Positions 1 to 14,116 of a stretch of 64,000 nt of DNA are shown here, one piece after another. A program made the position numbers and the translations under genes. The stretch lies in the NCBI RefSeq assembly GCF_963676685.1, contig NC_092353.1, positions 69,812,001 through 69,876,000 on the forward strand, given 5' to 3'. Numbering within the stretch: the stretch's first letter is position 1; every line of letters begins with the position of its first letter. Origin of the DNA: Mytilus edulis (Eukaryota). Under the pieces are notes generated by a model. It had not been told where the DNA came from. It worked only from the letters and a program-made list of their open reading frames with translations, and did no database searches.

Positions 1-687
1 TTTGGTAATTAAAAGAAAAGAAGATCCTTTTGCAGCGCACTGGCGCATATCAATTGTGAATATATATATCAATGTATATACTTACCAAATATATTTTTTT
101 TATCATGATACTCGCGTCGACATTATCAAAAAGTACACATCATAGAAAAAATGCACCAATTACAGATAAAATATTTAAAAAACCCGATTTACAGTTACTT
201 TCAATAGGAACAATTCATACATCTCATACGATGCATTCGGAATATCTATACAACGCATTTGGATAGAAATTAGTTTGTCTCAAGATGCAGTTCTGGAATC
301 TGCTTTCAACTTCACAAATACTGCACAATTGTCTTGATATATAGATTCTGGGTATTGACGTTGGTTATCATCTTAATAACGTGTTATAATATTCTTTAAT
401 TTGTCTTTTTGAATATTTATATAAATTAATGAATATGACGTCATTAAAAAAGGTGGTCATATCTGATTGCACCATACAGAAAAAAAAAACATCTTTTGCA
501 GGTCATGCTAAAATGATGGTTAAGATTGTCTGCACTTCGTCATAAAATGCATTATATAGACGAAAGCATTGGGACAATATCTCATTGAGAGCTACGCCGA
601 AGTGAGTTGAAGGTAACGCTAAAGTGCGGTGAATAAAATAAACTGTATTGTCAATGGTTTTCTTAATTTGATGACGTTGTAATAACA

Positions 688-1042
688 TAACGGTACCATT
701 TTTACGGTAATCAATGTCTCTTCAGTGATGCTGGAGGCCCAAATATTTGGAAATCCAAAGCTTATTAAAGGATGAAAAGCATGAATGTCAATTTGTTCAT
801 TAGCAGTAGATTTCTAGTTTTTAAGTAAATAATAAACAATAATAAACAGAGTATGCAGCAAAATTGAAAAAAGACTGTCTCTTACTGTCTGGACTTTTGG
901 GTCTCCATGCTCTTCAACATTATATTTTTTTTCAGGTTGTTTTTATAACTGTTCTGATCTGAACGTCATTGGTTGGTATTATGTACACGAAACGCACGTC
1001 CGGCGTGTCAAATTAAAAGTCTGGTAAATTTAATAACTATAA
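688..1042. mobile_element. Old retrozyme fragments (family 2 minus ~688-782; family 1 plus ~895-1042)
   Basis: atgtctcttcagtgatgct matches 29752-29770. gaacgtca...cgaaacgcacgtccggcg is a decayed family 1 hammerhead. Confidence 0.65.
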
Positions 1043-1192
1043 GTATGGAACTGTAATCTACATTTCTTTGTAATATAAAATGTGCCTTGTATTTCAATTT
1101 CAAACGCCGTTTAAATAGATGTACATTTAAAGATCATTCAAGGTACAGATAAAACGATAGTGTTACAGATTATATTCAAACAGTAAAAAAAA

Positions 1193-1557
1193 CTTATCGT
1201 AGACACCAGGATTAAATTTTGTACATGTATTTACGCCAGATGCGCGTTTTGTCAACACAAGACTCATAAGTGACGCTCGAATCCAAAAAAGTCAAATAGG
1301 CAAAATAAAGTACGAAATTGAAGATCATTGAGGACCAAAACTCCTAAAAGTTTTGCCAAATCCAGCTAAAGTAATTTATTTCTGAGGTAGAAAAGCCTTA
1401 TTTTCAAGAGTTTTGAAAACAGTTTATTAATAGATGTGACCATATCAATGATAATGCATATCAGCACATAAATATTGTATTTTCACCAGACGCGCGTGTC
1501 GTCTACATAAGACTCATCAGTGATTCTCGAATCCAAAAAAGTTAAAAAGGATAAATA
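1193..1557 (-). mobile_element. Retrozyme family 1, deleted tandem copy with two degenerate hammerheads
   Basis: Motifs at ~1232-1278 and ~1485-1528 with core mutations. Flanking unit sequence matches family 1. Confidence 0.8.
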
Positions 1558-2689
1558 ATGGATCATTCAGTATTTTACAATAATCCGGATTCGATATAGC
1601 GATCAAGCTTATTGCAAGATTATAATTCTCATCAACCGATACTGTTATGTCAACTTAATACATACATATTATCGATATCGAAAGGCCATAAGGGTTGTAT
1701 TGAAAAAAATAAATGCACTTGTATATTTATGTATATATATAGTAAAAAAATCTACTTACTGAATTGAAAATGTGTAATGTTTTAAATAGATATCGCGCGT
1801 CCTAAATACCATTGCACATTAGAGAAGGGTCATCGAGCATCTGTGCAGAACATCACAGTTTCACAGTCTCCATCGTACTTCCGAGCATACAAATAGATAT
1901 CTGAATACATATTTCTATGCAATAAGTACATAAGAAGATGTGGTATAATTGTCAATACTTTAACTCTCCGTCATTGACGTAATGACGTGTAGAGGTTAAC
2001 AACTATACATCACCGTATGGCATCCTACAATTAGCAAAACTCACACCGCATAGTCAGCTATCAAAGGCCCTGAAATGACAATTGTATTCATGGCTCTTCC
2101 TATATAAACGTTTGTTGCCAATACAAAATTTTAAAATTGATTTGGACCATACTTTATATGCAGAACCAAAAATAGCTATAGCATCACTAGTCATGTGAAA
2201 AGATTAGTCACCAATAACTTAAAAACACTCAACAATTAAAGAAAAGACGAAACTATGGCGGCCTATTTTTTGGACATAAAAAATCAGTACGTAACGAAAT
2301 AGTTAACACAGAATAACAAAAAGCTTTCGGTTTCAAACAAGGACGTAAGAACTACTTGCTACATAATTGAACATTTCTATTTTTATCTTTATCTAAAACA
2401 AATCATCTGGAACTCATATTGTCATATATTGAAAAGTTAATAATTGAATTCTCCTGTATTAGCAAAACAGATCTAATTGTTCACAAACAATGGACCCTGA
2501 ACAGAACCAATAAACATTGATACATCCCATATACATTTTGTAGTTAGTAGCTCAGTTATATCCGTAAAAACATATTGACTATACTGTTAACCTACATTTT
2601 TACATTGCTACAGGCATTGTGATTCACACACTATTTATGAATTTTTCATCGGATCCATTATTCACACTTAATCCTTTGGATGTGTTCTG

Positions 2690-4532
2690 GGCCGTATGCA
2701 TAAAACATCTTAACTTAAGTATTCCTTAAACTTACATTTTAGTAAGAACTTCCTTAGTTAAGTCAAATTTTTAAATGGTATGCATTAACTTACTTAAGTC
2801 TTCACTTAACTAAGGAATACTTAAATCGGAAACTTTCTCTAATTACCGTATGATATATATTAGCTCATCACATGTACTCACCCGTGTAAAAGATTGTTAT
2901 GATTATTTAAATTTATTGATCAATGCGTGCTTTTATTTTAAAGAGCTGGAGTTGAATTGATATAGGTATGTACAACAATTCAATAGAACATAACATAGCA
3001 AAATGATGAACAATTGGCGCATATAAGACAACGCTTTTTATGGTTGATGTTTTGACGTATGAGCATTGGAAGAAAAAATAAACTTTCCTCTACTTATAAT
3101 TATTTTCATTGGTGTAATATTTTCTGGAGACAACAAAATGTTTTAAACTCTAACAAAACAAGATCAAGGTTTCAGTTGCGTAGCACAAGACTGAGTGTAG
3201 CATTGTAAGCATGTGCTAACAAATAATTTTACAAAACACTTTTTTCAATAGAATGTTCACTTATATGCGCTGCCATCTCCCTTTTCATCTTCCTTGCCTA
3301 CATTTACTTATGGTTTTAAAAAAATTCTATTTTGATGTGAAATTAACATTTTTATCGCTTCCCTTTCACAACAAAAAAGGGGGAGGGTAGAATTTTTTTT
3401 CCAGAAATCCATATACAAACTAGGATATTTTTCAAAAGTCCTACAGTCTTTACTAAAATAAATTATTACAGGAAGTATATTCTCCACATCTTAACGTACT
3501 TGGCAATATTTTCGAAATCGCAATATATCTGACTGAATATATAAGGTAATATGAAAAAATAATTTAATACGAGTAAGGTATCATAAATACCTTATATAAC
3601 CGACAAATTTCATGGGGGGTAGCGGTGAGGACTTCTGACTGCCATAACAGTGATTCTTAACAAAATGGAGGTCCATGATCCACCCTTTATAAAAGAAATC
3701 CACCTCTTGGTAGATCTTAAAACTTTTCGATTTTGTCCCTGTAAGTGAAATTTTGTTTAGGGTATGCCCTAAATCTTTAGAATAAAACTGAATTGAAAAT
3801 TCATATGACGCACCCCCCCCCCAACCCCACCCCTTCAAAAAAAGAACCTCCCACACATATATAAAATGTGGTTTTGCATGCTCTCTCTTCATTCCTTAAT
3901 TCTGTTTTAACTAACGGTTACAATTGATACCGCGTGGTGTATTTTAACAATTTAAAAAAACGTGCACGTACAGAGTAAACAAAAGAAAAATAGTACCATG
4001 AATTACATGTGTGTACAAAACTGAGTACTTTTCGGTATACATAACAACGAGATTAGGAAATAGTATATATAACTACCCACCGTTATCTCTTCACTTGCTG
4101 ATTATACGTGATTTGAAGAAAATAACGATGATCTTTAATATTTACTTATTATTTAGCAATAAATAAACGAATAATTAGTATTTTATTACTGATAAATATA
4201 TTAATCAATCAAATTGTAGGTAACATATTAATGTTCTACCAAAAACTCAAACTTTCGACTGATTTTTTAATGTTTTTGAAAATTTAAGGTAGCTCTATAG
4301 GTACCTTAGACTTAAGTGACATCTTAGGCGTTTCCTAAGTATAAAGAGTTGTATGCATACTTCTTAAGTTTTGTGGGTGTGACTTAAAACAACTAAGATT
4401 TTACTTAGGAAATACTAAGTTTAAGATTTTTATTTTGTATGCACTCAGATACAAAGGGCGGAGTTTCATTAACTTAAGTGTTTACTAAGGAAAATCTTAA
4501 CTTAAGTAGCTTTATGCATAGATCTACGGGCC
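2690..4532. mobile_element. Non-autonomous PIF/Harbinger-like DNA transposon
   Basis: Ends GGCCGTATGCATAAA / TTTATGCATA(gatcta)CGGGCC. CTG on both sides (2687-2689, 4533-4535) as a 3-bp TSD. Clustered ACTTAAG subterminal motifs at both ends. Confidence 0.7.
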
Positions 4533-5239
4533 CTGAAACTTTAGTCGTGGTGAACATGGTTTATTAATAAGTTGTAATCACTTTAAACTTGTTTTCATAA
4601 AATGTGAGTACTCTCATTTCGTTGCTTTTTTGTTATTGTTTTTATGTAAGTTGTCTTTGTACCGATCTTTTAAGTTTGAATTCTGTAACATTTTTTTTAA
4701 TATCGGGGCCTAATACAGCCGACTATACGTTTCGGGGTTTCTCATTTTTGAAGGCCGTATGGTTGACTATAATTGCTTTTATCCACAACATTTTAACTAT
4801 GCATATAGTTGTTTCGTCGGAAATTATACCACATGTTCTTATTCCTATAAAGTATTTATATACTGCACAAACACACAAAACCTGACACTGGTTTCATTAG
4901 ATCGGCAAATGTAAATCGCTTGCATAATAAAAACTGTAAATCATAAAGTTGTTTTAAATAAGTAAAAAAAATAAGGTTATAAACAGATATTGTCGGAGTA
5001 GGATTAATAACACAATCAAGATGAAAATGCAAAGAAAGCACAAAATGATAAGATTAAAAATCTGGCTGTAAACGCGCGCACACCTTACAAAAAACACTAG
5101 TTAAATCAAGAAGTGTACAGTCATATTGTACATCTGAATGTAATTGACACCTTTGGAATAACGAAATCATATAGGATAATGTACTCGTGAAATCCTAAAT
5201 TGTCAACCACAAAAAGCCAATGATGTTCACCTACGAATA

Positions 5240-5676
5240 AATAAACTCATCATAGACATCTGGATTGACATTTTATATTTACGCCGACGCGCGTTTCGTT
5301 TACGAAAGACTCATAAGTGACGCTCGAATAAAAAAATGTTAAAAGGGCCAAATAAAGTACGAAGTTGAAGAGCATTGAGGACCAAATATTCCTTAAAGTT
5401 TTGCAAAATACAGCTAAGGTAATCTATTGCTGAGGTAGAAAAGCCTGAGTATTTCAAAAATTAAAATTATTGTTACCAGTTAATCTATAATTTTGAACAT
5501 ATCAATAATAACTTAAGTCAACACAGAAGTACTGACTACTGGGCTGGTGATACCCTCGGGGAAATGAATCTCCACCAGCATTGGCATCGACCTAGTAGTT
5601 GTAAATAAACTCATCATAGATACCAGGATTGAAATTTTATATTTACGCCGAAGCACGTTTCGTCTACAAAAGACTA
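5240..5676 (-). mobile_element. Retrozyme family 1, one full monomer between two degenerate hammerheads
   Basis: Reverse complement of the family 1 unit. Hammerhead remnants at ~5281-5325 and ~5645-5676 (about 365 nt apart). Confidence 0.85.
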
Positions 5677-6011
5677 GCAAAAGAATAAGTTGCAGTTGAA
5701 AATTTGTATTTGGGAACAATACTTCCTCAAATAAAACGATATTGTTTGAAAGGAACATATTAAATTATTAAAATCAAATGTTATGAAATGTATATTTAAG
5801 ACGAATACTGTGGATCTTACTCACTAGCTCTTCAAAATGTATCGTCATCGAAAAGTTATGTTACACGAATAGATATCCACAAAGAAACTTTTCACAAAAA
5901 GGTGATGTGGTATGTGGTGAAAGAGACAACTATCCAACAGAACCGAAATGACGAAGATAAAGCAAAGCATAGGTCACCATGGGGTAGTGTATACATACAT
6001 ATCAAAATATA

Positions 6012-6671
6012 CACCTTGAAAAAAAGTATTTTCAATGGAAACAATGTAAAATTACATGATTGTAGAATATGTATAACTTGCGTTTTACCAAATACTTGTA
6101 ATCCCTGTATGGTTTAAAATTGAATTACAGGAAGAAAAAAATAGAAAGACGCATCATTAGAGCTGTACTGAAAAAGTTATTCAAGCTTTGTTTGGTCTTC
6201 TCTACCGACTTTTTAGAAAAATAATTTTACAGCAAACTCAATATTTTGATATGAGCGTCACTGATGAGTCTTATGTAGACGAAACGCGCGTCTGACGTAC
6301 TAAATTATAATCCTTGTATCTTTGATAACTACTGATACAGAAATGTGTGGTAAACTAGGCATTTCAAACAGTTCTGAATAAGTTTAGTACCTGAAAAAAT
6401 CAGTATATATTTCAGAACTATTTTTTTTTGAAAAAATGAGTTCTGCAAAATTTACATTATTTGGCAAAAAGCGCGAATAACTATTTCTTTGCAGCTGTCA
6501 TTTCCTATCCATGTAGCATTAATATTGGACGAATAGTAAGTTAATTGCAGGAATTAATTTTAAAAACTGAAACGGATTAAAAGTATTCGGTAAAACCCAA
6601 ATTATACACATTCTACAATCATGTAATTTTACATGTTTTCAATGGAAGTGTTGTAATACCTTTTCCAGGTG
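6012..6671. mobile_element. MITE with ~120-bp imperfect TIRs and TA flanks, with a nested retrozyme fragment (~6240-6330)
   Basis: TA|CACC...atgtaaaattacatgattgtagaat is inverted at attctacaatcatgtaattttacat...GGTG|TA. Confidence 0.75.
6253..6300 (+). ncRNA. Intact type I hammerhead ribozyme (family 1)
   Basis: CGTCA-CTGATGA-GTCT(tatgt)AGAC-GAAA-C(GCGC)G-TC^TGACG. Stem I is perfect (CGUCA/UGACG). Predicted cleavage after GUC at 6292. Confidence 0.92.
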
Positions 6672-6708
6672 TATACATAACGTTATCTCAATTTGATACT
6701 GGTTGTCC

Positions 6709-6735
6709 CATATATATATATATATATATATATAT
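6709..6735. repeat. (TA)n microsatellite; also (CA)n ~40325-40352, (GT)n ~46060-46084, poly-C ~60667-60683
   Basis: Directly visible. Confidence 0.95.
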
Positions 6736-9700
6736 GTTTCCAGCAAAATAATTGAAAACTTTAAAAGATCATACTTAATAAGTAAAAACAAATAAAAAAT
6801 ATTATATATTAATATCAGGAATCACCAAGTTTTAAAGAAATAAAAAACAGCGATATAAAACACGAAAAAATTAAAAAAAAAGAATGACACATATGACGGT
6901 TAATTATTTGTTCAATGTCAGGATGTAAATATCCAATGAAAAAGGAATATAATAAAAAATCGTTTTGAATCAAAAGCTACTCTCACTAAACAATGGCATC
7001 ATTCTTTTTTTTTTATTCAATTCTCATCTCAAAAACACAACAAAATCATCTTGACCTTAAATTGAAAAGTTATTATTGCATGGCCTTGTATTAGCAACCT
7101 TAACAGAACTATCGAACATGGATACTTTGTGTATATAGTAGGTAAATAAAAATAGTCCTATTAACCCTTTTGTTTAAAGAAAAAAATACCTTATCAAAAA
7201 TGATTGCTAACATGACATTTTATTAGAAAGGATTAGTGTCTGACAAAACGACCACTATATCATGTATATGTCATACTGCTCACAATGCTGCGTTCATGTT
7301 TTACATTTATTGATAAACAATAAAAGGAAAAAACCTGATAGTGCAATAATTTTAAGGTAGCATCCAGCGATTTCAATGTAAAACGATGTGTTTGACACCT
7401 TGCGCTTTTATAAATGAAACGTCTTAATGTCATATGAAAACTAGTATTTTGTATATGTTGTTAGGTAAGTATTTTAGACGCGGATATCAAAATATATGTG
7501 TTTTACAGAGTATTTGTATATGTAGTAATCTTGACCGCAGTCGTTGAATTCTAAGTTAATGAATTTAAGAAGACAAATTCTGCATATGAAAAAGAACATC
7601 TCTTGTAAAATTGGTATAAACACCTAGTTAAATATAGTAAAAAAAGAACAGCACTCAAGAAATTGTCCAGCATAGCAGAGCTCGTCTTTCTTAATCACAT
7701 ATTCCTAACATATTCAAAAGTCAAATTTAATTTGTTTTCGAAACCTGATACTCAATATGCTGTATTTACAATATTCATCGGAATAAACATGTTTAACATA
7801 AACAGGAATAGGAACACAGTAGTCATTTTTCTACCTTTAACTTTATCGCATCTATTAATAGATATTACGATTTGTGATATGTACATAATGTGTACATGAT
7901 GTGTACACGTTGTGTTATAGTTTTATCAAATGAATACAAACTGATTTAAAACAATGGTGGAACCTGTTCATGCTGTTGAAAAGGTATTTATTCTAGACAC
8001 TGATATCAGAATATTTGATTTACAGTGTATTTATATTGGTATTTAATTCAATCTTAAAGGGATAATAGTTGATCATATTTTTTACCATATGTTTACATTT
8101 ATCGTCTTTCTTAAATGCCATCCACCTAATCAAATTATAATAAACATGAATCTTATTAAAAAAAAATCGTAGGATTAAAAGAAGGGATATAACTCCTCAT
8201 TGAGTAGCACATCTGAAACTATGAAGAAGGCGTACTATTATTTATATTTGGCAAAGGGTATATGTACAGCGCATTTATGTAGTCTTTAAAAGGATCACCA
8301 GGTTCGGATTCCTAAGGAATACATATTGGTGACCTTCTGCTGTTGTCTGTTCTATGGCCGGGTTGTTGTCTCTCGGAAACATTCCGCATTTCCATTCTCA
8401 ATTTTATAATTTTACCTAAATAAAAATGGGGGTTCCCGCTTTGATTTTTTTGTTGATATTTTCATGATTTAACAGACGTTCGAAGACATCTGAAAGGCCC
8501 TATTTTGTTAGCGAATAATAATACCCTTTATCAAACAGAATTAAGCAATCACAAGTGGAACATACAGACAGAAGATTGGCATTTTTAGGAGTACAGTATA
8601 TTATATATAAAAATCAGTAATAAGCAATTTGTTGCCAAATGCATTCAGAATGTGTTTTCAATACTTTCTGCTTTATAGAAAAACTATACATTCTATATGA
8701 GCCTTTCATAGACCTTTTCTGTTATTTATCATCAATCTTAAATTTTTGATGACAGTTTTTTGTAACATATGCCTATTAATATCCCGTATTTATATTTACA
8801 GTATACATGCTGACTTTCAAGGAGCTAATCGCAGAAATTGAGGCATATATATAGGTCGGTAAAATTGGAATAAAATGTAATGCAATAACAATTTATACCA
8901 TATAAAACGACGATTAAACACTGCCATAGATAATGTTCCCGAACGAATAAGTATATCACGGACAGAAATCAGAGAATAACACAAGGAAAGTACATAAACT
9001 AATTCTAAAACACTTATCAACAATGATTTAATAACTTATTTCAATTACTGACAAATTCGGAAATAATTGCGATGTTTATAACATGTGACTGGATTATTAT
9101 CACATTAATTAAAACTTGCATTTTGAAATTAAATTTTTATATGAACCAAACCGGTTTTATTTGAATATTGCAAAAACTAAAATCGCATTTTACACTAAAA
9201 ATCGCAATAATAAATGCACGCAATAATTTCTAGATTCACAGTGAACAATATCTTATTGTTTGTGTCAGTATCCGAAAATTGGTTGCTTGGCCGTTTATAC
9301 CATCCGAAACATTGTTGATTGAACTTTTTGAATGTGCAGCGCCAAATAAAACCAGTTTCATTGAGAAATATTCTACTTAGTTGACATTTTAAAATTGAAT
9401 ATCTCATTGTTAAGAGCAAAAAATTAGTAATATTTTTTTTCTTGTAACATGATTTAGTCAAGAGAAGATCACCTTTATCTTATTTATGCTCACTTTGAAG
9501 CAATTACTGAAGTAGAGACTGTGAACGGAATACGTACAGTGGCTATGAGACACAGCCTGACTGGAAACATATACAGTATTCCTCTGATATATCACTAACT
9601 GCGAATTTGTTCAACACAGTATCCTCAGAATCGCCTTACTTCATCGTTCAGCTAATACAATAGATAAATCACTTAATTCGTCTTTTCAGAAACTAGAGGA

Positions 9701-9874
9701 CTATGGTTCGTACACCAAATTGAAGATAATGTTACGTTATTGATTGAATTTCAATTGTTTAGAACGTTTTTAACCAATCACAAAGTTTTGGTGTACGCTT
9801 TTGAATATATTACCCACAATGGATTAGATTCTGAAACGGCGAAGAACTGCCGATTAAAGCTCATCTTACGTCAA

Positions 9875-11984
9875 ATGGAATCAGATGGACAGCCACTACA
9901 GTTTAACCCTTCTGAGGATGAGAACGAATCACTTCGTGTACCACAGAAATGGAATTTTCGCCGTACCAGAAATATTTCATCGTCTGAACTCGATGACTTC
10001 GATGACAGCGATACAGATATACCAGTCCATTCTTACGCCCAAGACATCATACAAATTCATACCAAGGTTTTAGCATCTGGCTTAAAAGCATTCTTGATAG
10101 ACAACACATTGACTGATGTTGTTATAAACGTTCAGGAAAAAACTTTTAATTGTCACAAAATAATTCTTGCAGCTTTTTCTACCTTTTTTTAAGTCGATGT
10201 TTACTTCTGGAATGGTAGAAAGTGATCAAAATGCAACTGTACGTTTACCAAACATTGAACCAGATATAATGAGAAAAATTATACAATTTATGTATGTGGG
10301 AGAAGACTTTGATTCAGAATTTGCAGATGAGATGCTACTGACTGCCGATTATCTTCAAATAGAATGTATAAAGACCGTGTGTTTAAAGCAAATAAAGCAC
10401 AAACTCAACGGCAATAATATTTTCAAATACTGGCGTTTGTCAGAAGAAAATGTATCATACAAAGATTTGAGAGGTTCCTGTAAAAAATTGGTTGCAAAGA
10501 ATTTCAAATTGTTGTATTCAACAAATGGTTTTGTAGAAATTTCCTGTAATCAAATTGTTGCACTGCTTCAAGAGGAAAACCTTAATGTTCCTGATGAAAA
10601 TATAGTATGCGATGCTGTAGACCGATGGATTAAACATGATATTGTCGAAAGGAAGCGACATTTGGTATCAATATTTGAATACGTCCGATTGCCATTAGCG
10701 TCGGAGCAAAATCTCACGAAATTCAAAACAGAGTTCCCATACTCAAAGGACTCTAAGCTTGATGAATTCTTGAAAGAAGCTAAATGCTTTCATGAAAAAT
10801 ATGACAGACAGTCGTTGTTAGTCGGCCAAAGTAAACGCACAACTTACAGACTGAGGGCAAGACAAGAACATGTATTAATTGTACTTGCAGGAGGAGAAGA
10901 CGATAGTAACGAGCGTTCTAGAGCAATGTGGAGCTATTGGTCAAGCATAAAGAAATGGAAGCTGTTATCAGATCTCCCAGAAGAAGTGCAGACTGAAAAT
11001 CACGGACCAGCATCTTGTAGTTATTGTTTATCAAATATTCTATACGCAGGAGGATATGAAAATGATTGTTTCTACAGATATGATGGAAAACATGATAAAT
11101 GGATAAAATTACCACATTTAAATCATGACAGAGCAGGGCACAGTATGATAGTTATAAAGAATTGTGTATATGTATTTGGCGGAATGGCTTACGATTATTC
11201 GCCTTCAGCAGACTTTCTGGCGCGAAAAAGTTTCAAAACAATTGATGCTTTTAACATGACAAATCAATACACCGGACAAGATCCGGAAAAATCGATGTTT
11301 GAAAACTACAAAACATCCGATCATTTTGATGAAAAATTGAACAGAAATGACGATACGTCCACCACCGGAAGTGAAAACGAATCTACTATTGACGACAATG
11401 ATGATACTGAAAGCTCAGATGGTGATACTAGCGGAGGCAATTGGACTAGATATGGTAAACTTTTACATCCTATAGTGGATGGGCAAGTTGTGGTAGCTGA
11501 TGAGAAGATTTACATCTTTGGTGGAGTGACCGTAGGCGAGTATGATACCGACACATGTGTGCAATGCTATGATACCTACCTCAAGACCTGCTATATATTT
11601 AAACATAATGACCTCGGAATTCAGTTAACAGAATCAAAGGTGTTTGGTTGTGACGATAACATTTGCATTCTTAATAAAAATTTAAAGAGTTTTTCAATTA
11701 TACCGTATTTCAAAAGAGTTGGAAGTGTTTCTCGCAATGAAGAGAAGATACAGTTCGTAGATCAGTGTTTCACTAAGTTTCCGCCAGAGGGATTTCTTAA
11801 GAGTGGCAATATCTATTACTTCATTGGGGGGATGGATCGACGTATATCAAATACAGTAGTGAGTTACAACTTAAAAACAAAACAGACGTTAATTTTTGAA
11901 GATGATGCTTCCTTACCTAGCAGCTTAACTGATTTCTCATGCTTAACTCTTGTTCTTGAAAAAGAAATTTACTGGCGTAATTGA
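9875..11984 (+). CDS. Intronless Kelch-like protein (BTB-BACK-Kelch, Cullin3-adaptor type), ~702 aa if one extra T at 10184-10190 is removed
   Basis: Two overlapping ORFs join into the BTB motif 'LTDVVINVQEKTFNCHKIILAAFSTF/FKSMFTSGMVES'. BACK motif 'LNVPDENIVCDAVDRWIKHD...VRLPL' and Kelch GG...Y...W repeats follow. The frames differ by +1 at ACC-T7-AAG. ATG 9875 is the inferred start. Confidence 0.88.
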
Positions 11985-13344
11985 AATGTTTAACAATTAA
12001 TATGTGGATATATTTTTCGGGCAGTTTGTTTTGCCATTTTCTTTTATTCTATGATCTATAGGTAGACATATATCATACATCAGTTATACTTATACGATTA
12101 TATTCACATATATACACGTTACAATGCATTAGCTACCGTTACATGTGGACAGCCATCATGTAAATAACTTAAGAATGTTGTCATGTCAAAGCTTTTTATT
12201 ACTGCACGATTTAAATACATGCAAAACTTTTTGCGAATTGCATTACTTACGGCAACCTATAATCTTTTTACACTCCCTGATTTTAAATAGCAACTAGAAA
12301 ATATGTCATCTGCAATCAGACCACGTCTTCATTTGATTATTTTTCTTTAAGATATGCAGTCAAATTTGTGTAGAGTCAGAGTGACATACAAAAGAGTTGT
12401 GCACGTTTTCATACATGATACTGAATGCTTTTAGTACCTTTTTTTTTTATTAAACTGTCAACAAAAACAGAAGACAGAAGTACTGTGAGCCCTTATCCTG
12501 TAGATATTTTGTCGGATTGGTTTAGGATGAATTTGTTAAGACTTTGAAATTAGTTTGAATTAAGAAAAAAATGAGTGTGTCTATGAGCATCCATGCTGCA
12601 TCTCTTTTTTCAGGATCCTTAGTTCACATTTGACCTCTTCATCCTTTAAACATTGTTAAATTGGTATTCCCCATTCTAAAGCTAAAGATAGATTGAAATA
12701 ATTATTCCATCTTTGTTTTATACAAATGAATGGCCGAAATAGATTCCTAATATATCTTAAAAGAAAATATTAGGTCCCGGGACACAGTTATCGTCTTTTC
12801 AAGTTTGTTGTGTACAAATACAGTAAATAGTGCAGATAATTTATAACTTGCACATCTTTTTCTTACACCTTTCAAATTTATATCTTTATATGTTATGCAT
12901 AAAATATTAAGTTTGGGGTGAAATTACATGGATAAATAGTTTGGATTAATTTTTGATTGGTAAAGTAGTGATATGGCCCAGTTTTACAAGATGAAATATT
13001 AGTATGCTTAAATATAAAGCTATCAAACTGTATTATATTGGTTACATAACAATATTTTGAGTGACAGCCTATAGACTTTTCCATAATGTGTCCCTTAAGT
13101 GGTATCCTACACTGTAAAAAAAAACTTTTTTTTTTGATAGAGCAGGTGCGATTATTAAAATTTGCGTTTTCCGTCTTAAATAAATGCATTAAGATATAAC
13201 TGTCTTTCTCGAACCATTGTTTGTTGTATATCTGTTTTGTTTTATTAACGTGATTCTGTCGGGATGTTCAAAGTAGTTTTTTACAAGAATTATTCGACTG
13301 CTTTACAAATTGTTAATATATTTTGTCATTGTTATCCTTATTCA

Positions 13345-13630
13345 ACTTCGGTGTTGACATGACTATCAATAATGTGGTCATTTTTTATAAATTTCCTGTT
13401 TACAAAACTTTAAATTTTTCGAAAAACTAAGGATTTTCTTATCCCAGGCATAGATTACCTTAGCCTTATTTGGCACAACTTTTTGGAATTTTGGATCCTC
13501 AATGCTCTTCAACTTTGTACTTGTTTGGCTTTATAAATATTTTGATATGGCGTCACTGATGAGTCTTATGTAGACGAAACGCGCGTCGGGCGTACTAACT
13601 TATAATTCTGGTACCTTTGATAACTATTAT
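13345..13630 (+). mobile_element. Retrozyme family 1 partial monomer with hammerhead at ~13551-13592
   Basis: Homologous to the 16868-17775 units. Intact core; one mismatch in stem I (GTC-GGGCG). Confidence 0.85.
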
Positions 13631-14116
13631 TCAATGTTATGACTTTCAATCTCTTTTTATTTTCTCATTACACTTAATAAATGATGATTTTACGAAATGG
13701 AAAAACAACAAAATATATCACTTCTTCAAGGATATTCACGTGCTCAAAACACCGCATTCCAAATATATATTCAACAGCAGTCAATCAAAATTTCACTTCT
13801 AAAGTACAATTGTGATAAAGGTGTCAATGTTGCTGCAGTCCGATTATTGCATAAAAATGCACGCGGATATCCATAAACATGATAAATATTCGCGTGTAAT
13901 GCTTAAAAACGACGTATAGTTATCAAAGGCTTATAATTTAATACAGCAGACGCATGTATTGTCTACACAAGGCACATCCGTGACGCTAAGATCAAAATCG
14001 TTTTCAGCGAAACAAGAACAAATTTGACGAGCATTGAGGACATAAAATTCAAAAAAGTTGTACCAAATACGGCTAAAGTAATCTATGCCTGGGATACGAA
14101 AATACTTGATCTAGAT

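Noticed and set aside
3581-3892. ORF starting MKREHAKPHF as a Harbinger Myb/SANT protein remnant
   Set aside because: Only a faint KPxF resemblance. The remainder runs through a low-complexity G/C tract.
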